Of a stretch of DNA of 64,000 bases, positions 11,809 to 22,157 are shown one piece after another. A model generated the notes under the pieces. It had not been told where the DNA came from. It worked only from the letters and a program-made list of their open reading frames with translations, and made no database searches. Numbering within the stretch: position 1 is the stretch's first letter; each line of letters starts with the position of its first letter. Location of the stretch: assembly GCA_963847625.1 (NCBI GenBank), contig CAWKAR010000029.1, forward strand, positions 27,360 through 91,359, written 5' to 3'. Made by a program: the position numbers and the translations under genes. This DNA comes from a candidate division FCPU426 bacterium. Its GTDB lineage: Bacteria; Oederibacteriota; Muellerivitia; Muellerivitales; Muellerivitaceae.

Positions 11809-14319
11809 ATGGCGAGGGCGAAAAAAACCTCAAAATCGCCAAAGTCTGGCGTGGCGAAAAAAAAGACTATCCCCAATCCAGAACTTGGGATTCCTTTGCC
11901 CGCGTCCATCCCGCCTGTGGAACTTCCACCCTCCGAGTCCCTGCAGATTTGGAAGGCCCTTTTCGGCTGGGTTCTCATCACGCTTTCCCTTCTGGCTTTT
12001 CAACATTTTCATCCGATTTACATTACCGGCGTCCACGGCTGGGATCCGGACCCATTATTCAAATTGACGCTGTTGCTCTTTATCGGAGCCTGTCTCATGG
12101 GCTTGGCTTACCGAAAGATGACCCAAAGTGATTCGAAGGATGACATCGGCAAGGTCCCTGCCCGGCTGATTTTAGCCGCCATCCTGGCCTTGGGCGCCTT
12201 CATGCGCCTTTACCGGGCTCATGATTTTTCCGGGAATTACTGGGACGATCCCTCCCAGCCCCTGTATGACGCCTGCCAGATCACGGATTACCGCCATTTC
12301 TTTATTTACGCGGGTTACCAGGTCGGCGAACCCCTGTTCGCCTACGCCATCGCCCTAGTCCTTTATCTTTTTCCGAGTTGGCACGGCCTTTTTGTCCAGC
12401 GCCTGGTGTCAGCCCTTTTCGACATCACGGCCCTTTGGGTTTATTACCTGCTGGGAAAGGAGTTTGGCAAGCGCCGGATCGGCCTCCTGATGGCCTCCTT
12501 TGGCGCGGTCAACCGCGCCCTCCTTATGATGCTTTTGAGCTACATGAGGTACATGCCCCTTCCCTTGACGCTGGCCTTGGTCCTTCTCTTCTCCATGAGG
12601 CTTTTCAAGAAACCCTCCCTGGCCCATTTCCTCGAATGGGGCGCCTGTATCGCGCTGGGATATTACACTTACACGGCTTTCCGCCCCATGGGGCCTTATT
12701 TTATTGCCGCGGTGCTGGCTTGGATTCTTTACCGCGAAAAGGGGAAAGCAGGCCAGGCTTGGAAGTGGTTCCTGGGGCTGGGTTTATGCGCGTACCTTTT
12801 CTTCCTCTTTCTTTACCTTCACCGTTATATTCTCCCGGATCAATCCGTCTGGAGGCAGGGAATCACGGCAATCGGTGAAAATTCCCACCTGGCGGTTTTC
12901 ATATGCGGAGGATTGATTCTTGTTTTTATAAGGAATGTTTGGATGGGGTTCCGGGGAAAAAGCGATTGGTCCATGGTTTATTGGACCCTCGGGGTCTTGC
13001 TGTGCGTTTTGCTGGTTTATCCCATCATCGTGAACGTTGAATTGCTGCGTCGTTTGAACGGAATGTCCCGACTGGCGCAGGGCTCCGCCCAGCCTTCGAT
13101 CCAGGAAATTCTGGGGGCTCTGGCTCAAAAGTTTCTTAAAACCCTCCAATTCCTGGTTTACAGCGGAGGGGACCGCTCGGATATCAGTCTCTACGGGGAC
13201 CCCTATTTCAACGTATCCGACCTGGTTTTCATCGTTCCCGGCGTGGTCTTCGCTTTATGCCGTCCTAACTGGCCCCGGACTTTCGTGCTGTTGTGCGCCT
13301 GCGTGGGATTAATCCCCTATATCCTGGGTGACGCGGGTGGGAACAGACTTATCGCCAGCATCCCGCCGTTTCTGCTGCTGGGCGCCCTGGCGTTTAACCA
13401 ACTGATGGAGTCCTCGGACGGCGCCCTGAAACCACGGGCCCGGACGGCTTTCAACTCCGCCCTTTGGATCTTAGTTTTGAGTTTCGGGGGTTACACCGCT
13501 TTCCAGAAGGTCTATAACCACTTTTTCACCCACATGACGCCGCTGCCCCTTCTCGCTCATATGATCAACCAGGACGCGGTGAAATACCGGGTTTACGTCG
13601 CGTCCAACGAAGGTTATCTGCCCGAACAGGTCATGACCGAAGGAAAAAATTATTACCATTTTTCCATAAAGGGCAATCCCATCGACCTGGAAACGGGTGA
13701 GAAGATCCCGGAGGTGGTCGTTTTGTTCAAGACGGACCAGTTCCCGGTGCCGGATATCGTGGAAAAAATGAAAGCCCAATATCCCCGCGCTCAATGGGAA
13801 AAAAGTCCCGCTTTCCCGGATCATCTCGACAGCACGGTTTTCCACCTGCGCCTTTTTATTCCGGGGGACCAGATTTCGAAGAATCCCTCCAAATTCATTT
13901 ATGTGCGCCGTGTTCCAGCCGGGCATTGGATCAGGAGATATTACAAGTCGGATTACCGGCTGGGGGTCGGTTGGATTTACGCGGAAGACCGGGTCACGGA
14001 TTGGAACGCGCCGCTTCCTTCCGAAATTCCCCTTAACGATATCGGTGCCTCCACCGGCAGGCTGGAAGGGCTTTTTGAGGTTCCCCGGGACGGCAAATAC
14101 AAATTTGCGGTTGATGTTGACCGTCCCTTGTCCTTATGGCTGGGAGACCGGCTTCTCCTTCGGCCGAGGCCGAGGGAAAAGAAGCATTACGAGGCTTCCG
14201 TCCGCCTGCGAGCTGGGACTTGCCTCCTGAGCCTCAGGGTTTTCGACCCCACTGGCCGGGGTTTTCCGGCTGTCAAGGTTCGCTACGCCGGCGAAAAAGA
14301 TTGGAAACCATTGCAGTAA
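11809..14319 (+). CDS. Polytopic membrane glycosyltransferase (GT39/ArnT-like) with C-terminal PA14-like domain
   Basis: Many TM segments, RLY...WDD acidic loop, PLFAY; C-terminal RLEGLFEVPRDGKYKFAV...LWLGD PA14-like strand pattern. Confidence 0.7.
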   Translation: MARAKKTSKSPKSGVAKKKTIPNPELGIPLPASIPPVELPPSESLQIWKALFGWVLITLSLLAFQHFHPIYITGVHGWDPDPLFKLTLLLFIGACLMGLAYRKMTQSDSKDDIGKVPARLILAAILALGAFMRLYRAHDFSGNYWDDPSQPLYDACQITDYRHFFIYAGYQVGEPLFAYAIALVLYLFPSWHGLFVQRLVSALFDITALWVYYLLGKEFGKRRIGLLMASFGAVNRALLMMLLSYMRYMPLPLTLALVLLFSMRLFKKPSLAHFLEWGACIALGYYTYTAFRPMGPYFIAAVLAWILYREKGKAGQAWKWFLGLGLCAYLFFLFLYLHRYILPDQSVWRQGITAIGENSHLAVFICGGLILVFIRNVWMGFRGKSDWSMVYWTLGVLLCVLLVYPIIVNVELLRRLNGMSRLAQGSAQPSIQEILGALAQKFLKTLQFLVYSGGDRSDISLYGDPYFNVSDLVFIVPGVVFALCRPNWPRTFVLLCACVGLIPYILGDAGGNRLIASIPPFLLLGALAFNQLMESSDGALKPRARTAFNSALWILVLSFGGYTAFQKVYNHFFTHMTPLPLLAHMINQDAVKYRVYVASNEGYLPEQVMTEGKNYYHFSIKGNPIDLETGEKIPEVVVLFKTDQFPVPDIVEKMKAQYPRAQWEKSPAFPDHLDSTVFHLRLFIPGDQISKNPSKFIYVRRVPAGHWIRRYYKSDYRLGVGWIYAEDRVTDWNAPLPSEIPLNDIGASTGRLEGLFEVPRDGKYKFAVDVDRPLSLWLGDRLLLRPRPREKKHYEASVRLRAGTCLLSLRVFDPTGRGFPAVKVRYAGEKDWKPLQ

Positions 14320-14371
14320 AAAAAATAGTTCTTCCAAAAAATTCTGTTGAATTTATTCCCTGGAGTCCTCC

Positions 14372-16609
14372 GTGCCCGAGTCATTCGCCGAGATCGTCTT
14401 TGCCGTATCCCTGAAACGGTCCTTTACCTACCGGGTTCCTCCCGCGCTGGAGGGGCTGGTGAGACCCGGAATGCGGTGCCTGGTTTCCTTCGGGAGACGG
14501 CAGGCCGTGGGCCTCGTCACGAGTTTGTCACGGCAAAGCCCCGCCGGCGTCAAGGGCCTGAAACCCATCGATTCGCTTTTGGACACCGAGCCCTGCCTGG
14601 GGGACGACCTGATGGAACTGGGGCGGTGGATCGCTGATTACTACTATTGCTCCCTGGGCGAGGCCCTTTTCGCCGTCATTCCCGCCGGTCACCGCAAAGC
14701 CGGCAGGGCTTTCCTCCAATTGACCGCCCAGGGCGAGAAACGCCGGGAAGAGGTGGAATTCGTTCTCGCGAAAGCCGGGCCCTTGAGGGGGGTGAATTGG
14801 GACAGCCTGCGGAAAAATAAGATTCCCCTCACGGCCCGGACCCGCGTGCTGGCTGAGGCCTTGAAATCAGGCGGATGGGCGGATGTCCAAGTGGCAGCCC
14901 CCCAAGACGATAAAGGCGCGGCCCGGAGGGTTTTGGGCGCCTTGACCCAACCCCATAAACTCCACACCCAGCAGGAAACGGCTTTGGCCGCCGTCGGTAA
15001 GGCCCTGGATTCGGGAACTTTTCACACATTCCTGCTCCAGGGCGTGACGGGTTCGGGCAAGACCGAGGTCTATCTTCAAGCCATCAGCCAGGCGCTCAGC
15101 CAGGGCAAGCAAGCCATCGTTCTCATCCCTGAAATTGCGCTCACCCCCCAGACTGTGGAGCGCTTCACCGGCCGGTTCGGGGACCAGGTGGCGGTCTTTC
15201 ACAGCCGTCTCGCGTCGGGGGACCGCACGAGGGAATGGAGGCGGATGTCCCTGGGGGAGGCGAAGGTGGCGGTCGGGGCCAGATCCGCGCTTTTCGCGCC
15301 GGCGCCCCGGCTGGGGTTCATCGTGGTGGACGAGGAGCACGAGTCCACCTACAAGCAGGAGGATGCCCCCCGTTACCACGCGCGCGACGCGGCGGTGAAG
15401 CGGGCCCAGATCTGCAAAGCGGTAGCCCTATTGGGAAGCGCCACCCCCTCGCTGGAATCGGTGCAGAACGCCCGGTCGGGCAAGTACACCCTATTGACCA
15501 TGCCCGAAAGGATCAACCGCATGCCCTTGCCAGAAATCCGGCTCGTAGACCTGAGGGAGGAATGGGCGGTCCGGGGACAGGACCGGCCGGTCTTGTCCGT
15601 TGCCTTGAAGGAAGCGATCCGGGAAACCTTGGAGAAGAAGGAGCAAGTCCTCCTGTTCCTGAACCGGCGGGGATTCCAGACCCTCCTTTTGTGCCTCAAG
15701 TGCGGGGAACAGGTGCATTGCCCCTCTTGCGCCATCCCTGTGACCCTTCACCGGAACCCCGGTCGAATTCCAGGAGGGGCCGAGGGCAAACCGGTGGTGA
15801 TATGCCATTACTGTAATTGGCAGGGCCCCCTGCCCGAGATTTGTACCAAGTGCGGGGATGGGACCGTCCGCGCGGTCGGCCTGGGAACCCAGAAGGTGGA
15901 GGAAGAAGTGAAGGCCGCTTTCCCCAGGGCCCAAGTCGGGCGCATGGACCTGGATACCACCAGGCGGCAGGGAAGCCACGAAGAGATCCTGGGTAAATTC
16001 CGCAGGAGGGAGATCGACATCCTGATCGGGACCCAGATGATCGCCAAAGGGCATGATTTTCCGGGAATCACCCTGGTGGGAGTGGTGGGAGCGGACGTGG
16101 GGCTTTCCCTGCCGGATTTCCGTGCGCCGGAGAGGGTTTTCCAGCTCATGGTGCAGGTGGCGGGCAGGGCCGGCCGGGCGGACAAGGAAGGGGTCATCTA
16201 CCTGCAAACCTTCCACGGGGAACACCCTGCCATTCAGGCTGCGGTCAAGCACGATACGGAGGCTTTTTGGGAAGGGGAGCTGGAACTTCGCAAGGCGCTG
16301 GAATACCCGCCCTTCACCCGGTTGGGATTAATCCTGTACCGCAGTAAAGTTGAGAAAAAGGCAAAGGAAGCGGTGGAGAAGGCCGCGGCCCTGCTGAAAA
16401 AATTGGGACCCAGCCTGGGAGTGCGGGTTTTCGGCCCGGCTCCCGCGGGGATCGCTAAACTGAGGGGCCATTACCGGTTCCAGGTTCTCTTGAAAGCTGC
16501 TAAAGCACAATCTATCCGGCGGCTGGTTCAATCCCTGGATGAGAAAATGGCGACCCCCATTCCGGGTGTTTTCAGGGTGGTTGACCTCGACCCCCAATCA
16601 ATGTTGTAA
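14372..16609 (+). CDS. priA: Primosomal protein N' (replication restart helicase)
   Basis: GVTGSGKTEVY, VDEEH, SATPS, two Cys4 zinc clusters, GTQMIAKGHDFP, QVAGRAGR. Confidence 0.97.
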   Translation: MPESFAEIVFAVSLKRSFTYRVPPALEGLVRPGMRCLVSFGRRQAVGLVTSLSRQSPAGVKGLKPIDSLLDTEPCLGDDLMELGRWIADYYYCSLGEALFAVIPAGHRKAGRAFLQLTAQGEKRREEVEFVLAKAGPLRGVNWDSLRKNKIPLTARTRVLAEALKSGGWADVQVAAPQDDKGAARRVLGALTQPHKLHTQQETALAAVGKALDSGTFHTFLLQGVTGSGKTEVYLQAISQALSQGKQAIVLIPEIALTPQTVERFTGRFGDQVAVFHSRLASGDRTREWRRMSLGEAKVAVGARSALFAPAPRLGFIVVDEEHESTYKQEDAPRYHARDAAVKRAQICKAVALLGSATPSLESVQNARSGKYTLLTMPERINRMPLPEIRLVDLREEWAVRGQDRPVLSVALKEAIRETLEKKEQVLLFLNRRGFQTLLLCLKCGEQVHCPSCAIPVTLHRNPGRIPGGAEGKPVVICHYCNWQGPLPEICTKCGDGTVRAVGLGTQKVEEEVKAAFPRAQVGRMDLDTTRRQGSHEEILGKFRRREIDILIGTQMIAKGHDFPGITLVGVVGADVGLSLPDFRAPERVFQLMVQVAGRAGRADKEGVIYLQTFHGEHPAIQAAVKHDTEAFWEGELELRKALEYPPFTRLGLILYRSKVEKKAKEAVEKAAALLKKLGPSLGVRVFGPAPAGIAKLRGHYRFQVLLKAAKAQSIRRLVQSLDEKMATPIPGVFRVVDLDPQSML

Positions 16610-16754
16610 GGTTGTGTTCAAAAACATAAATCCCACTGATTTTAAAAAGCCGTTTTCCCCTGCTTGATGAAGGTCATATTCCAAGTGCGTGTGAAAGCCT
16701 ATACTCCCCTGAATTCGAGAAACCCAGTTTTTAAAAAATATGCGGGAGGAAAAT

Positions 16755-17258
16755 ATGTCAACCCAAGATAACTTGAAGGAAGCTTTCGCCGGGGAATCCC
16801 AAGCCAACCGCAAGTACACCGCTTTCGCGAAAAAGGCGGACCAGGACGGGAAAAAACAAGTGGCACGGATTTTCCGGGCCGCGGCCCACGCCGAGACCGT
16901 ACACGCCCTCAACCATTTCCGGGCCATGGGGATGGTGAAAACCACGGCCCAGAACCTGAAAGCTGGCATCGAGGGGGAGGCCTATGAGTTCCAGATGATG
17001 TACCCCGGTTTCCTGGCCCTAGCTGAAACGGAAGTCGTCCCGGCGGCGGTGAAGTCCTTCAAGTACGCTCTCGAGGCCGAAAAGGGCCATTGGGAACTCT
17101 ACAATAAGGCGCTGAAGGCGGTGGAAAGCGGGAAGGATCTTCCGGAAAAAAAGGTATGGGTTTGCGAGGTCTGCGGGCATACCCACGAGGGGGACGAAGC
17201 GCCCGACCATTGCCCGGTTTGTGGGGCCAATAAAAAGGCTTATTCTGAAGTTAAGTAA
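16755..17258 (+). CDS. rbr: Rubrerythrin
   Basis: AFAGESQA, ExxH motifs (ETVH, EKGH), C-terminal CEVCG...CPVCG rubredoxin domain; GGAGG RBS. Confidence 0.93.
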   Translation: MSTQDNLKEAFAGESQANRKYTAFAKKADQDGKKQVARIFRAAAHAETVHALNHFRAMGMVKTTAQNLKAGIEGEAYEFQMMYPGFLALAETEVVPAAVKSFKYALEAEKGHWELYNKALKAVESGKDLPEKKVWVCEVCGHTHEGDEAPDHCPVCGANKKAYSEVK

Positions 17259-17280
17259 GAAAGTCCATTATTTTGAATCA

Positions 17281-17334
17281 AACCCCCACCCTAATTAGGA
17301 ACGATTTTGACGTTCCCATGGGGTAGGGGTTTTC
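17281..17334 (+). terminator. Probable intrinsic terminator after rubrerythrin
   Basis: AACCCCCACCC...GGGTAGGGGTT stem followed by a T run. Confidence 0.45.
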
Positions 17335-17459
17335 TATATCCAAAACCCTGAAAAACCGCCTAAATGTTCAATTTATCCCCGCAATTCGATATTCCTGACG
17401 ACATAAGCCAGTCTTTCTCTGAAATCCGCAAAAATAAATGTGTTTAACATTAAAATTTT

Positions 17460-18134
17460 TTGGATTTTTTTCCGACTTCGCCGTCTATAGGGTGTGAGGA
17501 TAAAAAACCAAAGGTTCAGGTCATGAAAACAAACATCTTTGAAACGCACTTTATGGACGGGAGAACGATGATGAAAACATTAATCCAGTATAAGCTTCTG
17601 ATTTTTAGAGCCGGTGCTATTGCTGGTATTTTCACGGTTTTTGGATTGGGTTTGGTACTCTTCGGCCAATTGGACCGGTTTAGCAGCAGATATACCCCTC
17701 CCCCCAAAAAATCCTTTGTTTTTTCAAGAGTTGCCCAGCCGGATAAGGCCGCCATTCGGAAAACCCATGAGATTTATGGACGGGTTCAGCCATTCTTTGT
17801 TCCCAACCAAGGCCAAACCGACCCCCAGTTGAGGTTTCTGGCGCCTGTAAGCCGGTACGCACTATATCTATCGCCCGCCGAAGCGGTGACTGCCCAGAAA
17901 CAGGGTGAAGACAATCAATTGGGCCAATTTAATCTCTCCACGATCCGGCTTGTTCAGTCCCTGAAGGAACCGGATGTCCTGCGCTTGGGACTCGCGGTGG
18001 GGAACTGCAAGGCCACTTTCGAGGGGATGGCAGAGGCGGCTGGAAAGGGTGTTTACGTCATCGGAAGCAATTCGGCTAACTGGCACACCAGCATGACCCA
18101 CTATGGTAAGAAAAAGGATCAAACCCCTGGCTAA
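17460..18134 (+). pseudogene. Truncated N-terminal part of an SBBP-repeat-type surface protein (start uncertain)
   Basis: TM segment, then FVPNQGQTDPQLRF and YVIGSNSANWHTSMTHYG, resembling the domain preceding SBBP repeats; stops mid-domain. Confidence 0.5.
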
Positions 18135-18249
18135 TAGTTTTTATTTTGCGGAGTTTTAAACTTTGAACCTCCAATAGCCATATTTTTTATCCCCAAAAAA
18201 CAATAAAATCCACCTGCCTTTGACCCGATTTTTTTAAATTTTTTTTGGA

Positions 18250-18567
18250 TTAAATCGACATTTCGCGGGCTAGAGGGTGTGAAAGAGACACCCTTGGGTT
18301 CAGGCCATGAAAAAAGCATTTCCAATCATAACCCGCCTGAAGGGGGCTGGGAGGCGTGAGCAGGAACAGGCGGTCCACCCCGTGAAGGGCCGCCTCGATG
18401 GTGGCTATTTTCGTGACGTCGCCCTCGGCCGTTTCCAAGCCGAGACTCACCGCCTCTTTCGCCTTTTCGGCGCTCCGGGCCAAAACCCGCGTCTTGGCCT
18501 TGACCGCCGCCAACCGCCACACTACATTTCCCCCGACCTTACCCGTCCCGCCGATCAGGAGAATCAT
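18250..18567 (-). pseudogene. NmrA-like/SDR NAD(P)H-binding protein, N-terminal fragment
   Basis: MILLIGGTGKVG Rossmann motif, AALHGVDRLFLLTP, AGGAGG RBS; similarity ends after about 80 aa. Confidence 0.75.
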
Positions 18568-18705
18568 GCCCGCCTCCTGAAATTTTGTGGATGGGAATAT
18601 CATCGGAAGAACCAGGGGGGATTATCAAGGGAGGAAAGGCATTTTTAGGGGAAGTTACATGATGGAAACAATAAGGCATGAAAAAACGGCTTTTCGCTTT
18701 TTCCC

Positions 18706-20589
18706 CTAATACGACGTGAAATGCTGTTGGGCCTGGCTGCGCATCTGGCCCAAGAAATTCGGGTCGAAATTTTTCACCAAATTCGTGTTCTCGTGGATGT
18801 CCTTGTCCAGATCGTACAACTCTCCCGCCTTGTCCTCGTAATCCTCCAGGGTGCGGGAGTATTTGAGTAGGCGGTTCGGGCCGTCATAAACCACCGCCCC
18901 TTCCTGGTTCGATTGGGTATAGGGGCAGAGATGGAAGGTCCAGGGGTTCGTGCGCTTGCGCAGGAGGGACTGGCCCTGCCAGCAGGAGGGAAAATCCAGC
19001 CCCACCATGTCCGTGAGGGTCGGCGCGATGTCGATCTGGGTCCCGTAATGGATCTCAGGAAAAGCGGGAAGGGGTTTAGAACCGAAGAAGACGATGGGGA
19101 TGTGAAGCGCCTCGATGGCGGTGAAGCGGCGGTGGCCATACTTGCCTTTCTTGCCCAGGATCTGGCCGTGGTCGGCGGTGAGGACCGCCACATAATCCTT
19201 GAGGTACCCTTTTTGCCTGAGAGTCAGCAGGATTTTCCTCATTACGTCGTCCATTTGGAGGATGCGGTCGTCATACAGGTTCCTCACCCATGGCACGGTA
19301 TCACCCAGGAACAGCGTGTCCCCGATGACGACATTACGGGTAGGCTGGTACCTCAGGAATTTATCATCCAGGGTCCCCAGGGGGTGCACGGACAGCAGAT
19401 GGAAGTAAAAAAAGTGGAAACCACCGTCATAGGGCTTCAGGTTGGCGGTCTCATTCACCACTAATTGGTCGTCGCAAATCCCCCCCGGGCCGGGATTCTC
19501 ACTGCCGTCGAAAAAAAGGTCGATTTTTTTCCCGAAGGCCTGGTGCGTCTTTTGCCAGGTATGGCCCCCCGCCAGGATGAGGTAATTCGAAAAGCCCTCG
19601 TCGGCCAAGTAATCGCAGAGGGAATAATCGTATTGGCTCACGGCGGCGGGTTCCTTGGAATTCATGAGGCAGACGGTTCCGGTGAGGGTGTCGATTCCCG
19701 TGGAAAGGCCGATCTCCACCCGCCGGGCGTGGGCTGCGGGAAAGAATTTGTCCAGGAAGGGGGTCAGGGGCCGTTTATAACCGTAGATCGGAAGGTGGTC
19801 GGCCCGGAGCGCGTCCACACAGAAAAGGATGATGTTGTGGACCTTCGGGATCTTGCCCCGAACGGCTTTCTCGACGAGCCGGTCCCGGTGCTCCCAATAG
19901 ACCCTCTCACGAGTCATGGCGAAAATGGTGGGCCGCGGGTTGAAGAAGGCCACAATGGGCTCGTTGACGAGATTGATGAATCCGAGTGTTTGACGGGTGG
20001 AAGTCAGGGCGAGCCCGAAGATGGTCATGCAGGCGGTTATGCCGAAGATGAAAATCATTTTTTGGGAACGGCCGAGATAGTTATATTTTTCCCTTATGGC
20101 CCAATACCATACGGACAATTCCCTGGTTCTCCCGTGGAGGATGAGATAAAAAACGATCAAGGGAGCGATGAAATAGGCGACAATCACGCCGCGGGGGATG
20201 TCAAAGTTGTCCGCGAGGTCGAAAAGGTGGGGAATGAAATTCAGGATCAGCCGGTAGTCGGCCGGCTCACCCCAGGAGAGGTTTCCGACAACGGAAGCGG
20301 TATATATGAAATAAAGGAAGTAAAAACTGGCCGTGGGGACGAGGAGCCATGGAATTAAAAAATACCTCTTGTTTAAGCGGAGGAAAACTTCCCGTACGGC
20401 GAACATCAGGACGAGAGTCGCGGCAAGCCAAAGGGATAGTACGAACAGATGCTTCATAACAAGGTAGGGGTCTTTGTTGTAACGGGGATAAACGATGAGT
20501 AGGTATAACGTAGCCATGAGGAGGGGAATCATTAAAATAGGGAAGAGATGTTTTTTGGGGGGCATAGGCACGGAGGAGGATGTATTCAT
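18706..20589 (-). CDS. Membrane-anchored sulfatase-fold hydrolase/transferase (LTA synthase/EptA-like superfamily)
   Basis: About 5 N-terminal TMs, VDALRADH, HLLSVH, TADHG, QIDIAPT, ELYDLDKD; no CxPxR. Confidence 0.8.
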   Translation of the reverse strand: MNTSSSVPMPPKKHLFPILMIPLLMATLYLLIVYPRYNKDPYLVMKHLFVLSLWLAATLVLMFAVREVFLRLNKRYFLIPWLLVPTASFYFLYFIYTASVVGNLSWGEPADYRLILNFIPHLFDLADNFDIPRGVIVAYFIAPLIVFYLILHGRTRELSVWYWAIREKYNYLGRSQKMIFIFGITACMTIFGLALTSTRQTLGFINLVNEPIVAFFNPRPTIFAMTRERVYWEHRDRLVEKAVRGKIPKVHNIILFCVDALRADHLPIYGYKRPLTPFLDKFFPAAHARRVEIGLSTGIDTLTGTVCLMNSKEPAAVSQYDYSLCDYLADEGFSNYLILAGGHTWQKTHQAFGKKIDLFFDGSENPGPGGICDDQLVVNETANLKPYDGGFHFFYFHLLSVHPLGTLDDKFLRYQPTRNVVIGDTLFLGDTVPWVRNLYDDRILQMDDVMRKILLTLRQKGYLKDYVAVLTADHGQILGKKGKYGHRRFTAIEALHIPIVFFGSKPLPAFPEIHYGTQIDIAPTLTDMVGLDFPSCWQGQSLLRKRTNPWTFHLCPYTQSNQEGAVVYDGPNRLLKYSRTLEDYEDKAGELYDLDKDIHENTNLVKNFDPNFLGQMRSQAQQHFTSY

Positions 20590-21014
20590 GAACTTTCCCG
20601 GGAGGAAGTTTTTTTAAAAAAAAAGGGAAAAGGCATGTTGGTTGGTCGAACCATCCCCGGATAACAGGAGTAGTTTCGCATTTGTGCCATTATAAGGAAA
20701 ATCAATGGAGTAATCCCTGCTTAAAAGGCCGGTATTTTAGATAGGGTTCCACGGGGATAGCGGTCAGGCTTTCCGGCGGGATTTCTCGGGAATAATCTTC
20801 TAATCGAGTTTGACAGATTTTCGAATAACCGAAACGGAGGAAATCTCACCTAGTTGTTCCTGGCTCAGGAGATGGTGCAAGTCATCCATGATTTCCACCG
20901 GATTCACCTGGAACTCCATGACTTCCATCCGATTCCATTTGCGGGTGGGAACGATCCGAAGTAGATTGAATTGGGCCCTGAATAATTCCACCTGCCAACT
21001 ATTATTTTAATGGA

Positions 21015-22034
21015 GTGAGAGTGAAAAAGCTTATTTGGATGTTTCTGTTCCTTTTTTTGTTTCCCGCCATCAGGGTGCAAGCGGGTGATTCCCTTGTCCT
21101 TAGATCGGGATTATTCATGGTTTCGGGGAATACCAGCTATGACATCACCTATTCCGGATACGACGCGAACTACGGAAACTATACCGGGGAAAGCATCCTG
21201 GTGTTCAACCTGAACGCTTTGATGCTGGATGTTGGGGAGGATTTCATAGTAGGAAAACGGGATTTTGTCCTCTCCGTGGATTATGCCTCGTCCCTTACCG
21301 GATTTAGCCAATACTTCCAGGATGAAGATTTTTTCAATAACTCGACCTACAATGCGTCCTACGGGTCCTTGATCAGCAACACGGTCTCCCCCGGAGTGGA
21401 TACCCCGGCTCAAATCTTTTGCCTCAGCTTAAAGCCGTGGTTGACCGCCTTTGGGCCGGATAACATCTTTAAATTGAACCTCGAATTGGGGTATGAGCAC
21501 CAGCATTGGGGGATTTTCAACGTATACAATTATTCGGGTTATCACTATCAATACTTTACAGGCACTGGAAACGCCCAGTATGTCGACGTTAATTCCTCTT
21601 CACCGGTTTTGACCTATGAAATCTTCTTCGACAGCTACTTTATCGGTCTTGGCGTGAATTTTGACATCAGCCGGGGGCTCCGGGGTGAGATCGGGGCGAG
21701 GACCGCGATCTGTGGTTTCAACGACATCGACAACCATCTATTCCGCGACAAGTTATGCCGGGCAACAGGTCTCGGGTTTTCTTCGGACCTGCGCGCCGAA
21801 CTGACCTTGGACCTTGGAAAGGGTTATTCCCTGACCGGCTATGGACGATATCAGGATTTTTCGGTTTTTGGCACCCAGGCGCAAACCGATTATTCCGGCA
21901 CGGTGCAACCCACCCCTTACCTTCCCATCAGCGGCACGGCAAACGACCAGGTGACTTCCCAACAGTTACGGATTGGATTTGAAATATCCTATGCCTTTAA
22001 TTTCGGCAGAAACATTTGGGGCCTGGAATTCTGA
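21015..22034 (+). CDS. Omptin-like outer-membrane beta-barrel protease
   Basis: Signal peptide, aromatic-rich beta pattern, QDED (DxD) and DIDNH (DxH) at omptin dyad positions. Confidence 0.65.
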   Translation: MRVKKLIWMFLFLFLFPAIRVQAGDSLVLRSGLFMVSGNTSYDITYSGYDANYGNYTGESILVFNLNALMLDVGEDFIVGKRDFVLSVDYASSLTGFSQYFQDEDFFNNSTYNASYGSLISNTVSPGVDTPAQIFCLSLKPWLTAFGPDNIFKLNLELGYEHQHWGIFNVYNYSGYHYQYFTGTGNAQYVDVNSSSPVLTYEIFFDSYFIGLGVNFDISRGLRGEIGARTAICGFNDIDNHLFRDKLCRATGLGFSSDLRAELTLDLGKGYSLTGYGRYQDFSVFGTQAQTDYSGTVQPTPYLPISGTANDQVTSQQLRIGFEISYAFNFGRNIWGLEF

Positions 22035-22157
22035 CCGGAAGGGACCGGCGGGCCCTTGAGAGGTTATTTTTCGGCGCGGGCAGATTCAACTAGCCGAACC
22101 TGAGTTCAACGGGTTCTACCTCTGTTCTTGATTCGATTTAAACTCACTGGAGAAGGA

